DNA from: Nymphaea colorata
Lineage: Eukaryota
Direction of reading: 5' to 3'
NCBI RefSeq assembly: GCF_008831285.2
Contig: NC_045138.2
Coordinates: 14,136,001 to 14,200,000, forward strand
Length of the DNA stretch: 64,000 nt
Positions within the stretch are counted from its first letter, which is position 1; each line of letters opens with the position of its first letter. Under the pieces are notes generated by a model, which saw nothing but the letters and a program-made list of their open reading frames with translations, ran no database searches and was not told the origin of the DNA. This document shows, piece by piece, positions 27,501 to 41,094 of this stretch. Made by a program: the position numbers and the translations under genes.

Positions 27501-30500
27501 AGGATAAGAGGTTCCATCGAGCGACATATGGATTAGAGGTCTAATCTGATCGGTTTCAATGTGGGATTTGGACTTGGCTGAGTCTAAATACATAATCCAC
27601 ATTTTCTCATGATGTAGGGAGGCTTCTAATCATCCCAATGACACCTTCAAAGGACAATGTATGGAAGCAGACGTTTGTCAAAAAGATAAGGCTTCAACTT
27701 TAAATGTATGGATTGATTAAGTATGAAACCTTCCAACACTAGATCTTCTAGTACAGACTTTGAAGGTAATTTCTTACATTGAGATGTCCTAATCTTCGAT
27801 GACAATGATTATATCATCATTTTGACAACACTATAATAACATAAATTGTTCATATAATCTGCCATTTCCCAATCGTCCCTAAACACCTCCTAGTTCGTGA
27901 TCCCAGACCTAAGATTTATTTTGAAACAAACAACATCTTAGCCACAATACATGATTGTCAGATGTCAAGTCAATCAGACATGTTTTTGGATGAATGACTA
28001 GAATCAGTCGGATCGTAATCAGGTGGATTGGATCAAAGGTTTCATCAGGGGCAATGGATCAGAGGTCAAACCTGATCCGGTTTGATGTTGGATTTTGACC
28101 TTGAGCTTGGCATCTAAATCAGAAGTCTAATATGGACCCGGTTTAGATGTTTGGTTGAGTTCTAAGTCTCAGGTCCAAGATCAGAGGTCTAATCTGATCT
28201 GATTTAGATGTTGGATTTAGATTTTGGAAGTACGGTTTGGACAAAGGTCTAATCTGATCAGTTTTAGACGTTGGATTTGGATGTTGGATCAATGGACTAG
28301 ATCAGAGGTCTAATCTGATTCGGTTTTGACATTGGAGTGGGGTACTTCTAGTCCTACTCTTTGATGCAAATGTTTATGTCAATCATCCTATCAACACTAT
28401 ATAAGATATCGTTGGATGGATAAATTTTGATATAACAAACATCTCCTTTTCTAAAACCATTCCTATTCAACTTCTCATACCAGTGACCTTACGCCCAACA
28501 CTTGTTCGATGAGAAATCAATATAACAAATATGATCAAATATTCAGCAAACATCAAAGTTAACCAGATAGGTGATTTTGAATAATTAGTTTTAGATGTAA
28601 CCGTAGATAAAGTACATAGGGTCAGAGGTTTGATCTAGTGGGATATGGATCAGATGTGAGATTTCAATTTGAAACCGGCTTATGGCTCAGAAGTTAGTCT
28701 AACCAACGTAAATGTTGCATTTGAATTTTAAATCTCATGTCAAGATCAGAGGTCTAACTGATCTAAGTTGTAGGTTAGATTTAGAATTTAGATCTATGGT
28801 TTGGATCAGAGGTCTCACCTGATCGGTACAAGGTGTGGGATTTAGACTTTGGATCCATGGACTAGATCAGAGGTCTAACCTGATCTGTTTAGATGTGGAT
28901 TTGGAATTCATGCCGAGTCTAGATACATAATCGACATTTTTTCAGGATGTACGGTGGCTTATAATCATCCCAATAAAAACGTTCAGAGGACATTGAAGTG
29001 AAAATGGATGTTGTCAAAAGATAAAGATTTCAACTTGTCATTATGCATTTCCAAATATGAAACCTTCAACACAAATCTTTTAATTGAGGCATTGAAGACA
29101 AATTTTCTTAACTCGGGGATCTCCTAACCTTTGGTACAAATGCTTATATCAATCATTTTGACAACACAATACAACATGCCGTTGGATAACATAAATTGTC
29201 CATATAATAGAGATCTCCTTTCCCAAACCATCCCTCATCAACTTCCTGGACCTATGATCCTAGACCTAACATTTATATGATGAGAAAACAAAATCAAAGC
29301 CATAATCCAAGATTTGACAAACATCAAAGATAGTCACATAGTTAGTTGGAAGAATCACCAGAATTAGAAGTGATCGTAGCTCAAGTGGATAGGATAAGAG
29401 GTTCCATCGAGCGACATATGGATTAGAGGTCTAATCTGATTCGGTTTCAATGTGGATTTGGACTTGGGCTGAGTCTAAATACATAATCCACATTTCTCAT
29501 GATGTAGGGAGGCTTCTAATCATCCCAATGATCACTTCAAAGGACAATGTAGTGGAAGCAGACGTTTGTCAAAAAGATAAAGCTTCAAGTTTAAATGTAT
29601 GATTGATTAAGTATGAAACCTTCCAACACTAGATCTCTAGTACAGACTTTGAAGGTAATTTTCTTACATTGAGATGTCCTAATCTTCGATGACAATGATT
29701 ATATCACTCATTTGACAACACTATAATAACATAAATGTTCATAATCTGCATCTCCATTTCCCAAACCATCGCTAATCAACCTCCTAGTTCGTGATCCCAG
29801 ACCTAAGATTTATTTTGAAACAAAACAACATCTAGCCACAATACATGATTTGTTAGATGTCAAAGTCAATCAGACATGTATGTGGATGAATGACTAGAAT
29901 TAGATCGGATCGTAGATCAGGTGGATTGGATCAAAGGCCTCATCAAGTGGCATATGGATCAAAGGTCAAACCTGATCCGGTTTAGATGTGGGATTTGGAC
30001 CTTGAGCTTGACATCTAGATCAGAAGTCTAATATGACCCGGTTTAGATGTCGGGTTTGAGTTCTACGTCTCAGGTCAAGATCAGAGGTCTAATCTGATCT
30101 GATTTAGATGTTGGATTTAGATTTGGAAGTACGGTTTGGATCAGAGGTCTAATCTGATCAGTTTTAGGTGTTGGATTTCGATGTTCGATCAATGGACTAG
30201 ATCAAAGGTCTAATCTGATCCGTTTTGACGTTGGAGTGGGTAACTTCTAATCATCCCAATAAACGAGTTCAAAGGACATTATACAGAAAATGGATATCTA
30301 TAATAAATATAATGATTTCAATTTTCCATGTATGCATTTATTATATATGAAATCTTCAACACAAGGTCTTTCAGTGGCAACATTAAATCTAATTTTCCAA
30401 CATTGAGATGTCCTACTCTTTGACGCAATTGTTTATGTCAATCATCCTATCAACACTATATAAGATATCGTTGGATAAGATAAAATTTTGATATAACAAA

Positions 30501-33500
30501 CATCTCCTTTTCTAAAACCATTCCTAATCAACTTCTCATACCAGTGACCTTACGCCCAACACTTGTTCGATGAGAAATCAATATAACAAATATGATCAAA
30601 TATTCAGAAACATCAAAGTTAACCAGATAGGTGATTTTGAATAATTAGTTTTAGATGTAACCGTAGATAAAGTACATAGGGTCAGAGGTTTGATCTAGTG
30701 GGATATGGATCAGATGTGAGATTTCAACTTTGAAACCGGCTTATGGCTCAGAAGTCTAATCTGACCCAACGTAAATGTTGCATTTGAATTTTAAATCTCA
30801 TGTCAAGATCAGAGGTCTAATCTGATCTAAGTTGTAGGTTAGATTTAGAATTTAGATCTATGGTTTGGATCAGAGGTCTCACCTGATCGGTACAAGGTGT
30901 GGGATTTAGACTTTGGATCCATGGACTAGATCAGAGGTCTAACCTGATCTTGTTTAGATGTTGGATTTGGAATTCATGTCGAGTCTAGATACATAATCGA
31001 CATTTTTTCAGGATGTACGGTGGCTTATAATCATCCCAATAAAAACGTTCAAAGGACATTGAAGTGAAAATGGATGTTTGTCAAAAAGATAAAGATTTCA
31101 ACTTGTCATTATGCATTTCCAAATATGAAACCTTCAACACATAATCTTTTAATTGAGGCATTGAAGACAATTTTCTTAACTCGGGATCTCCAAACCTTTG
31201 GTACAAATGCTTATATCAATCATTTTGACAACACAATACAACATGCCGTTGGATAACATAAATTGTCCATATAATAGAGATCTCCTTTTCCCAAACCATC
31301 CCTCATCAACTTCATGGACCTATGCTCCTAGACCTAACATTTATATGATGAGAAAACAAAATCAAAGACATAATCCAAGATTTGACAAACATCAAAGATA
31401 GTCAGATAGTTAGTTGGAAGAATCGCCAGAATTAGAAGTGATCGTAGCTCAAGTGGATAGGATAAGAGGTTCCATCGAGCGACATATGGATCAGAGGTCT
31501 AATCTGATCCGGTTTCAATGTTGGATTTGGACTTGGGCAGAGTCTAAATACATAATCCACATTTTCTCATGATGTAGGGAGGCTTCTAATCATCCCAATG
31601 ATCACCTTCAAAGGACAATGTAGTGGAAGCAGACGTTTGTCAAAAAGATAAAGGTTTCAACTTTAAATGTATGGATTGATTAAGTATGAAACCTTCCAAC
31701 ACTAGATCTTCTAGTACAGACTTTGAAGGTAATTTTCTTACATTGAGATGTCCTAATCTTCGATGCAAATGATTATATCACTCATTTTGACAACACTAAA
31801 ATAACATAAATTGTCCATATAATCTGCATCTCCATTTCCCAAACCATCCCTAAACAACCTCCTAGTTCGTGATCCCAGACCTAAGATTTATTTTGAAACA
31901 AAATAACATCTTAGCCACAATACATGATTTGTCAGATGTCAAAGTCAATCAGACATGTATTTGGATGAATGACTAGAATTAGATCGGATCGTAGATCAGG
32001 TGGATTGGATCAAAGGTTTCATCAAGGGGCACATGGATCAGAGGTCAAACCTGATCCGGTTTAGATGTTGGAGTTGGACCTTGAGCTTGGCATCTAGATC
32101 AGAAGTCTAATATGACCCGGTTTAGATGTTGGATTTGAGTTCTAAGTCTCAGGTCAAGATCAGAGGTCTAATCTGATCTGATTTAGATGTTGGATTTAGA
32201 TTTTGGAAGTACAGTTTGGACCAGAGGTCTAATCTGATCAGTTTAAGGTGTTGGATTTAGATGTTGGATCAATGGACTAGATCAAAGGTCTAATCTGTTC
32301 CGATTTTGACGTTGTTGTGGGTAACTTCTAATCATCCCAATAAACAAGTTCAAAGGACATTATACAGAAAATGGATATCTATAATAAATATAATGATTTC
32401 AATTTTCCATGTATGCATTTATTATATATGAAATCTTCAACACAAGGTCTTTCAGTGGCAACATTAAATCTAATTTTCCAACATTGAGATGTCCTACTCT
32501 TTGACGCAATTGTTTATGTCAATCATCCTATCAACACTATATAAGATATCGTTGGATAAGATAAACTTTTGATATAACAAACATCTCCTTTTCTAAAACC
32601 ATTCCTAATCAACTTCTCAGACCAGTGACCTTACGCCCAACACTTGTTTGATGAGAAATCAATATAATAAATATGATCAAATATTCAGCAAACATCAAAG
32701 TTAACCAGATAGGTGATTTTGAATAATTAGATTTAGATGTAACCATAGATAAAGCACATAGGGTCAGAGGTTTGATCTAGTGGGATATGGATCAGATGTG
32801 AGATTTCAACTTTGAAACCGGCTTATGGCTCAGAAGTCTAATCTGACCCAACGTAAATGTTGCATTTGAATTTTAAATCTCATGTCAAGATCAGAGGTCT
32901 AATCTGATCTAAGTTGTAGGTTAGATTTAAAATTTAGATCTATGGTTTGGATCATAGGTCTCACCTGATCGGTACAAGGTGTGGGATTTAGACTTTGGAT
33001 CCATGGACTAGATCAGAGGTCTAACCTGATCTTGTTTAGATGTTGGATTTGGAATTCATGCCGAGTCTAGATACATAATCGACATTTTTTCAGGATGTAC
33101 GGTGGCTTATAATCATCCCAATAAAAACGTTCAAAGGACATTGAAGTGAAAATGGATGTTTGTCAAAAAGATAAAGATTTCAACTTGTCATTATGCATTT
33201 CCAAAATATGAAACCTTCAACACAAAATCTTTTAATTGAGGCATTGAAGACAATTTTCTTAACTCGGGATCTCCTAACCTTTGGTACAAATGCTTATATC
33301 AATCATTTTGACAACACAATACAACATGCCGTTGGATAACATAAATTGTCCATATAATAGAGATCTCCTTTTCCCAAACCATCCCTCATCAACTTCCTGG
33401 ACCTATGATCCTAGACCTAACATTTATATGATGAGAAAACAAAATCAAAGCCATAATCCAAGATTTGACAAACATCAAAGATAGTCAGATAGTTAGTTGG

Positions 33501-36500
33501 AAGAATCACCAGAATTAGAAGTGATCGTAGCTCAAGTGGATAGGATAAGAGGTTCCATCGAGCGACATATGGATCAGAGGTCTAATCTGATCCGGTTTCA
33601 ATGTTGGATTTGGACTTGGGCAGAGTCTAAATACATAATCCACATTTTCTCATGATGTAGGGAGGCTTCTAATCATCCCAATGATCACCTTCAAAGGACA
33701 ATGTAGTGGAAGCAGACGTTTGTCAAAAAGATAAAGGTTTCAACTTTAAATGTATGGATTGATTAAGTATGAAACCTTCCAACACTAGATCTTCTAGTAC
33801 AGACTTTGAAGGTAATTTTCTTACATTGAGATGTCCTAATCTTCGATGCAAATGATTATATCACTCATTTTGACAACACTAAAATAACATAAATTGTCCA
33901 TATAATCTGCATCTCCATTTCCCAAACCATCCCTAAACAACCTCCTAGTTCGTGATCCCAGACCTAAGATTTATTTTGAAACAAAATAACATCTTAGCCA
34001 CAATACATGATTTGTCAGATGTCAAAGTCAATCAGACATGTATTTGGATGAATGACTAGAATTAGATCGGATCGTAGATCAGGTGGATTGGATCAAAGGT
34101 TTCATCAAGGGGCACATGGATCAGAGGTCAAACCTGATCCGGTTTAGATGTTGGAGTTGGACCTTGAGCTTGGCATCTAGATCAGAAGTCTAATATGACC
34201 CGGTTTAGATGTTGGATTTGAGTTCTAAGTCTCAGGTCAAGATGAGAGGTCTAATCTGATCTGATTTAGATGTTGGATTTAGATTTTGGAAGTACAGTTT
34301 GGACCAGAGGTCTAATCTGATCAGTTTAAGGTGTTGGATTTAGATGTTGGATCAATGGACTAGATCAAAGGTCTAATCTGTTGTTCCGATTTTGACGTTG
34401 TTGTGGGTAACTTCTAATCATCCCAATAAACAAGTTCAAAGGACATTATACAGAAAATGGATATCTATAATAAATATAACGATTTCAATTTTCCATGTAT
34501 GCATTTATTATATATGAAATCTTCAACACAAGGTCTTTCAGTGGCAACATTAAATCTAATTTTCCAACATTGAGATGTCCTACTCTTTGACGCAATTGTT
34601 TATGTCAATCATCCTATCAACACTATATAAGATATCGTTGGATAAGATAAACTTTTGATATAACAAACATCTCCTTTTCTAAAACCATTCCTAATCAACT
34701 TCTCAGACCAGTGACCTTACGCCCAACACTTGTTTGATGAGAAATCAATATAATAAATATGATCAAATATTCAGCAAACATCAAAGTTAACCAGATAGGT
34801 GATTTTGAATAATTAGATTTAGATGTAACCATAGATAAAGCACATAGGGTCAGAGGTTTGATCTAGTGGGATATGGATCAGATGTGAGATTTCAACTTTG
34901 AAACCGGCTTATGGCTCAGAAGTCTAATCTGACCCAACGTAAATGTTGCATTTGAATTTTAAATCTCATGTCAAGATCAGAGGTCTAATCTGATCTAAGT
35001 TGTAGGTTAGATTTAAAATTTAGATCTATGGTTTGGATCATAGGTCTCATCTGATCGGTACAAGGTGTGGGATTTAGACTTTGGATCCATGGACTAGATC
35101 AGAGGTCTAACCTGATCTGGTTTAGATGTTGGATTTGGAATTCAAGTTGAGTCTAGATACGTAATCCACATTTTTTTGGGATGTAGGCTGGCATATAATC
35201 ATCCCAATAAAAACGTTCAAAGGACATTGAAGTGAAAATGGATGTTTGTCAAAAGGATAAAGATTTAAACTTGTCATTATGCATTTCCAAAATATGAAAC
35301 CTTCAACACATAATCTTTTAATTGAGGCATTGAAGACAATTTTCTTAACTCGGGATCTCCAAACCTTTGGTACAAATGCTTATATCAATCATTTTGACAA
35401 CACAATACAACATGCCGTTGGATAACATAAATTGTCCATATAATAGAGATCTCCTTTTCCCAAACCATCCCTCATCAACTTCATGGACCTATGCTCCTAG
35501 ACCTAACATTTATATGATGAGAAAACAAAATCAAAGACATAATCCAAGATTTGACAAACATCAAAGATAGTCAGATAGTTAGTTGGAAGAATCGCCAGAA
35601 TTAGAAGTGATCGTAGCTCAAGTGGATAGGATAAGAGGTTCCATCGAGCGACATATGGATCAGAGGTCTAATCTGATCCGGTTTCAATGTTGGATTTGGA
35701 CTTGGGTAGAGTCTAAATACATAATCCACATTTTCTCATGATGTAGGGAGGCTTCTAATCATCCCAATGATCACCTTCAAAGGACAATGTAGTGGAAGCA
35801 GACGTTTGTCAAAAAGATAAAGGTTTCAACTTTAAATGTATGGATTGATTAAGTATGAAACCTTCCAACACTAGATCTTCCAGTACAGACTTTGAAGGTA
35901 ATTTTCTTACATTGAGATGTCCTAATCTTCGATGCAAATGATTATATCACTCATTTTGACAACACTAAAATAACATAAATTGTCCATATAATCTGCATCT
36001 CCATTTCCCAAACCATCCCTAAACAACCTCCTAGTTCGTGATCCCAGACCTAAGATTTATTTTGAAACAAAATAACATCTTAGCCACAATACATGATTTG
36101 TCAGATGTCAAAGTCAATCAGACATGTATTTGGATGAATGACTAGAATTAGATCGGATCGTAGATCAGGTGGATTGGATCAAAGGTTTCATCAAGGGGCA
36201 CATGGATCAGAAGTCAAACCTGATCCGGTTTAGATGTTGGAGTTGGACCTTGAGCTTGGCATCTAGATCAGAAGTCTAATATGACCCGGTTTAGATGTTG
36301 GATTTGAGTTCTAAGTCTCAGGTCAAGATCAGAGGTCTAATCTGATCTGATTTAGATGTTGGATTTAGATTTTGGAAGTACAGTTTGGACCAGAGGTCTA
36401 ATCTGATCAGTTTAAGGTGTTGGATTTAGATGTTGGATCAATGGACTAGATCAAAGGTCTAATTTGTTCCGATTTTGACGTTGTTGTGGGTAACTTCTAA

Positions 36501-38012
36501 TCATCCCAATAAACAAGTTCAAAGGACATTATACAGAAAATGGATATCTATAATAAATATAATGATTTCAATTTTCCATGTATGCATTTATTATATATGA
36601 AATCTTCAACACAAGGTCTTTCAGTGGCAACATTAAATCTAATTTTCCAACATTGAGATGTCCTACTCTTTGACGCAATTGTTTATTTCAATCATCCTAT
36701 CAACACTATATAAGATATCGTTGGATAAGATAAACTTTTGATATAACAAACATCTCCTTTTCTAAAACCATTCCTAATCAACTTCTCCGACCCACTGTGA
36801 CCTTATGCCCAACACTTGTTTGATGAGAAATCAATATAACAAATATGATCAAATATTCAGCAAACATCAAAGTTAACCAGATAGGTGATTTTGAATAATT
36901 AGATTTAGATGTAGCCGTAGATAAAGTACATAGGGTCAGAGGTTTGATCTAGTGGGATATGGATCAGATGTGAGATTTCAACTTTGAAACCGGCTTATGG
37001 CTCAGAAGTCTAATCTGACCCAACGTAAATGTTGCATTTGAATTTTAAATCTCATGTCAAGATCAGAGGTCTAATCTGATCTAAGTTGTATGTTAGATTT
37101 AAAATTTAGATCTATGGTTTGGATCATAGGTCTCATCTGATCGGTACAAGGTGTGGGATTTAGACTTTGGATCCATGGACTAGATCAGAGGTCTAACCTG
37201 ATCTGGTTTAGATGTTGGATTTGGAATTCAAGTTGAGTCTAGATACGTAATCCACATTTTTTTGGGATGTAGGCTGGCATATAATCATCCCAATAAAAAC
37301 GTTCAAAGGACATTGAAGTGAAAATGGATGTTTGTCAAAAGGATAAAGATTTAAACTTGTCATTATGCATTTCCAAAATATGAAACCTTCAACACATAAT
37401 CTTTTAATTGAGGCATTGAAGACAATTTTCTTAACTCGGGATCTCCAAACCTTTGGTACAAATGCTTATATCAATCATTTTGACAACACAATACAACATG
37501 CCGTTGGATAACATAAATTGTCCATATAATAGAGATCTCCTTTTCCCAAACCATCCCTCATCAACTTCATGGACCTATGCTCCTAGACCTAACATTTATA
37601 TGATGAGAAAACAAAATCAAAGACATAATCCAAGATTTGACAAACATCAAAGATAGTCATATAGTTATTTGGATGAATGAAGAGAATTAGATGTGATCGT
37701 AGCACAAGTGGATAGGATCAGAGGTTTCATCGAGTAAGATATGGAACAGAGGTCTAATCTGATCTGGTTTAAATGTTGGATTTGGCATTGGGGCTGAGTC
37801 TGGACACATAATCCACATTTTCTCATGATGTAGGGTGGCTTCTAATCATCCCAATGATCACCTTCAAAGGACAATGTAGTGGAAGCAGACGTTTGTCAAA
37901 AAGATAAAGATTTCAACTTTAAATGTATGCATTGATTAAGTATGAAACCTTCTAACACTAGATCTTCTAGTAGAGACTTTGAAGGTAATTTTCTTACATT
38001 GAGATGTCATAA

Positions 38013-38380
38013 TCTTTGATGCAAATGATTCTATCAATAATTTTGACAACACTATATAAAATAGAGTTGGATAACATAAATTGTTCATGTAATGGGCATC
38101 TCCATTTCCCAAACCATCCCTAATCAACCTCCTAGTTCGTGATCCCAGACCTAACATTTATTTTGAAAGAAAACAATATCGTAGTCACAATACGTGTCTT
38201 TGATGCAAATGATTCTATCAATAATTTTGACAACACTATATAAAATAGAGTTGGATAACATAAATTGTTCATGTAATGGGCATCTCCATTTCCCAAACCA
38301 TCCCTAATCAACCTCCTAGTTCGTGATCCCAGACCTAACATTTATTTTGAAAGAAAACAATATCGTAGTCACAATACGTG
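38013..38380 (+). repeat. 184-bp exact tandem duplication inside the terminal monomer
   Basis: TCTTTGATGCAAATGATTCTATCAATAA starts at 38013 and 38197. The two minus-strand ORFs with identical N-termini start at 38157 and 38341. Confidence 0.95.
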
Positions 38381-39420
38381 ATTTGTCAGATATCAAAGTT
38401 AATCAGATATGTATTTGGATGAATGACCAGAATTAGATCGGATCTTAGATCAGGTGGATTGGATCAAAGGTTTCATCAAGTGGGATATGGATCAGAGGCC
38501 AAACCTGATTCGGTTTAGATATTGGATTTGGATTTTGAGCTTGGCATCTGGATCAGAAGTCCAATCTGACACAGTTTAGATGTTGGATTTGAGTTCTAAG
38601 TCTCAAGTCAAGATCAGAGGTCTAATCTGATCTGATTTAGATGTTGGATTTAGATTTTGGAAGTACGGTTTGGATCAGAGGTCTAATCTGATCAGTTTTA
38701 GGTGTTGGATTTGGATGTTGGATCAATGGACTAGATCAGAGGTCTAATCTGATTCGGTTTTGACATTGGAGTGGGGTAACTTCTAGTCATCTCAGTAAAC
38801 AAGTTCAAAGGACGTTATACAGAAAATGGATATCTATCAAAAATATAACGATTTCAATTTTCCATGAATGCATTTATTATATATGAAATCTTCAACTCAA
38901 GGTTTTTGATAAGATAAAATTTTGATATAACAAACATCTCCTTTTCTAAAACCATCCCTAATCAACTTCTTAGACCAGTGAGCCTACGCCCAACACTTGT
39001 TTGATGAGAAATCAATATAACAAATACGACAAAATATTCAGCAAACATCAAAGTTAACCAGATAGGTGATTTTGAATAATTAGATCTAGATGTAATTGTA
39101 GATAAAGTACATAGGGTCAAAGGTTTGATCTAGTGGGATATGGATTAGATGTTAGATTTCAACTTTGAAACCGGCTTATGTTCAGAAGTCTAATCTGACC
39201 CAACTTAAATGTTGTATTTAAATTTTAAATCTCATGTCAAGATCAGAGGTCTAATCTGATCTAATTTGAAGGTTAGATTTAGATTTTAGATCTCTATGGT
39301 TTGGATCAGAGGTCTCATCTGATCGGTACAAGGTGTGAGATTTAGACTTTGGATCCACGGACTAGATCAGAGGTCTAACCTGATCTTGTTTAGATGTTGG
39401 ATTTGGAATTCATGCCGAGT

Positions 39421-39860
39421 CTAGATACATAATCGACATTTTTTCAGGATGTACGGTGGCTTATAATCATCCCAATGAAAACGTTCAAAGGACATTGAAG
39501 TGAAAATGGATGTTTGTCAAAAAGATAAAGATTTCAACTTGTCATTATGCATTTCCAAAATATGAAACCTTCATCACAAAATCTTTTAATTGAGGCATTG
39601 AAGATAATTTTCTTAACTCGGGATCTCCTAACCTTTGGTACAAATGCTTACATCAATCATTTTGACAACACAATACAACATGTCGTTGGATAACATAAAT
39701 TGTTCATATAATAGAGAGCTCCTTTTCCCAAACCAGCCATGATCAACTTCATGGGCCTGTGATCCTAGACCTAACATTTATATGATGAAAAAACAAGATC
39801 ACAGCCATAATCCAAGATTTGACAAACATCAAAGATAGTCAGATAGTTATTTGGATGAAT
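39421..39860 (-). mobile_element. Decayed Ty1/copia pol fragment (GAG-pre-integrase to integrase N-terminus); clearest copy of the satellite body
   Basis: Manual minus-strand translation across stops and frameshifts gives VCQILDYGCDLVFSSYKC*V*DHRPMKLIMAGLGKGALYYMNNL, then HLYQRLGDP, then KLKSLSF*QTSIFTSMSFERFHWDDYKPP. The order and spacing match the copia motifs SVGQL..F....C.VQD..TG..IG.G....GLYYL, LWHRRLGH and K...LPF.......PFDLIHSDVWGP. Sister body C reads HRRLGHLN (ORF 18581-18781). Confidence 0.8.
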
Positions 39861-40105
39861 CTTTTAATTGATTATTGTTGAACTTTAAGATGGGGTTTTT
39901 TTTTATCTGTATTGCTTTTCTATTAATTATTATACTATTGTTGAACATTGCAGCAACAATGTTTCTTGTCTGCTACCCGCATCCAAGCTGGTGGCCCATG
40001 GGCCTCCGCAACACTTAAAAATTTGTAAGTCATTAAGAATCATATATGCACTTTATATGTTTCAAATTAGTATGATTCATTTTTGCTTGCAGAATTTATT
40101 ATTCT

Positions 40106-40166
40106 TATTATTATTATTATTATTATTATTATTTATATTTATATATATACAAATATATATATGTGT

Positions 40167-40214
<48 letters not shown>
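40106..40214. repeat. Compound (TTA)n/(TA)n microsatellite
   Basis: A TTA run is followed by an interrupted and then a pure TA run. Confidence 0.95.
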
Positions 40215-40216
<2 letters not shown>

Positions 40217-41094
40217 ACATAGTTTATGATGTTCATATGACTATACAAGGAAAATAGAAGCAAAGGATGAAAATTGGAAGACTATCATCTTCCTCCCCTC
40301 TAACAGCTTCTAAGTAGTGCCAAGAAGAGAGATTCTAAAACCCATGGGAGGATGCTAAGGGCCTTCTTCAAGCTAAGCAGTAAAAAAGTTGAGCAATGAA
40401 TTCTTGCAGGATCTAATATTTAACAGTGGATAAATCTGAAGTTCAACATTCAGACACAAAGACAAAACATACCAACATGCTTATCACATACATATACAAA
40501 AACATTCTAATGAAATATTATTTTCACAAAAGATGCTCATGTAGGCAGTGAAGAAATGCTTCATTTCACGTGACATGATGGCTATGCTCTAAGTTGTGAT
40601 AAAAGTAAGTTAAAAGTACTCAACCAACACAATTACATGATGATATAGTCTCAACTGCCTGGAATCTAAATTTGCCAGTTTGATCATGAACCGTATGTGT
40701 ATATATAAACGAAACATGATGTACAAAATAATTATAAAAAATAAGCACTTACACCTTCATGCAAAACTTGTTCGGGGGATGAGGCATGTGACATTCGCTG
40801 TTAAATTCTTCAATGGATGACACATGGGGAGAGAGAGAGAGGGAGATAGAGGGAAATTTTGTATGTGCCTAACTGAACTGACAATTCAAAGATATGTATT
40901 ATAAGATTGTCACACATCTCTACGAGCTGATGGGCAAGAGTTGGTGGAAAATACAAACTAATAAGATCAGCAGATACATATGCACATAAGGAGAAACATT
41001 ATAAATTAAAGAAACCTGTAGGAACATATTTTATTGGATGGTCTGTCTAATGGCATAAAAATAGCACCTTAAATGGCCAATATGCCTAAAATAC

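Larger units (their letters stand above)
1..39860. repeat. Tandem macrosatellite array, ~19 monomers of 1.9-2.1 kb (continues past the left window edge)
   Basis: GGAACTTGAGCTTGGCATCT recurs at 1, 2086, 4171, 6256 and 8341 (period 2085). The same repeat-derived ORF recurs at 10210/12129/14048 (period 1919), 16131, and 31198/33281/35367/37453 (period 2083-2086). Repeat homology stops at about 39860 (TTTGGATGAATC|TTTTAATTG). Confidence 0.98.

Noticed and set aside
10210..37656. Repeated 67-aa plus-strand ORF (MVQMLISII...) and similar short array ORFs as a tandem gene family
   Set aside because: They use non-ATG starts, lie antisense to the copia remnant, are broken in other monomers, and show no recognisable domain.
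1..39860. 5S/45S rDNA, tRNA or snRNA tandem array
   Set aside because: No rRNA, tRNA or snRNA sequence was recognisable in the AT-rich monomer.
1..39860. Interstitial telomeric repeat (TTTAGATG/TTGGATTT motifs)
   Set aside because: There are no tandem TTTAGGG units; the motifs belong to the 61-bp repeat.
1..39860. Intact or active LTR retrotransposon
   Set aside because: Only a ~400-bp pol piece with many stops and frameshifts is present; no LTR, PBS, RT or RNase H was seen.
39991..40257. 88-aa ORF with poly-L/YI (and the ER-repeat ORFs at 60499-60838)
   Set aside because: They are translations of microsatellites.
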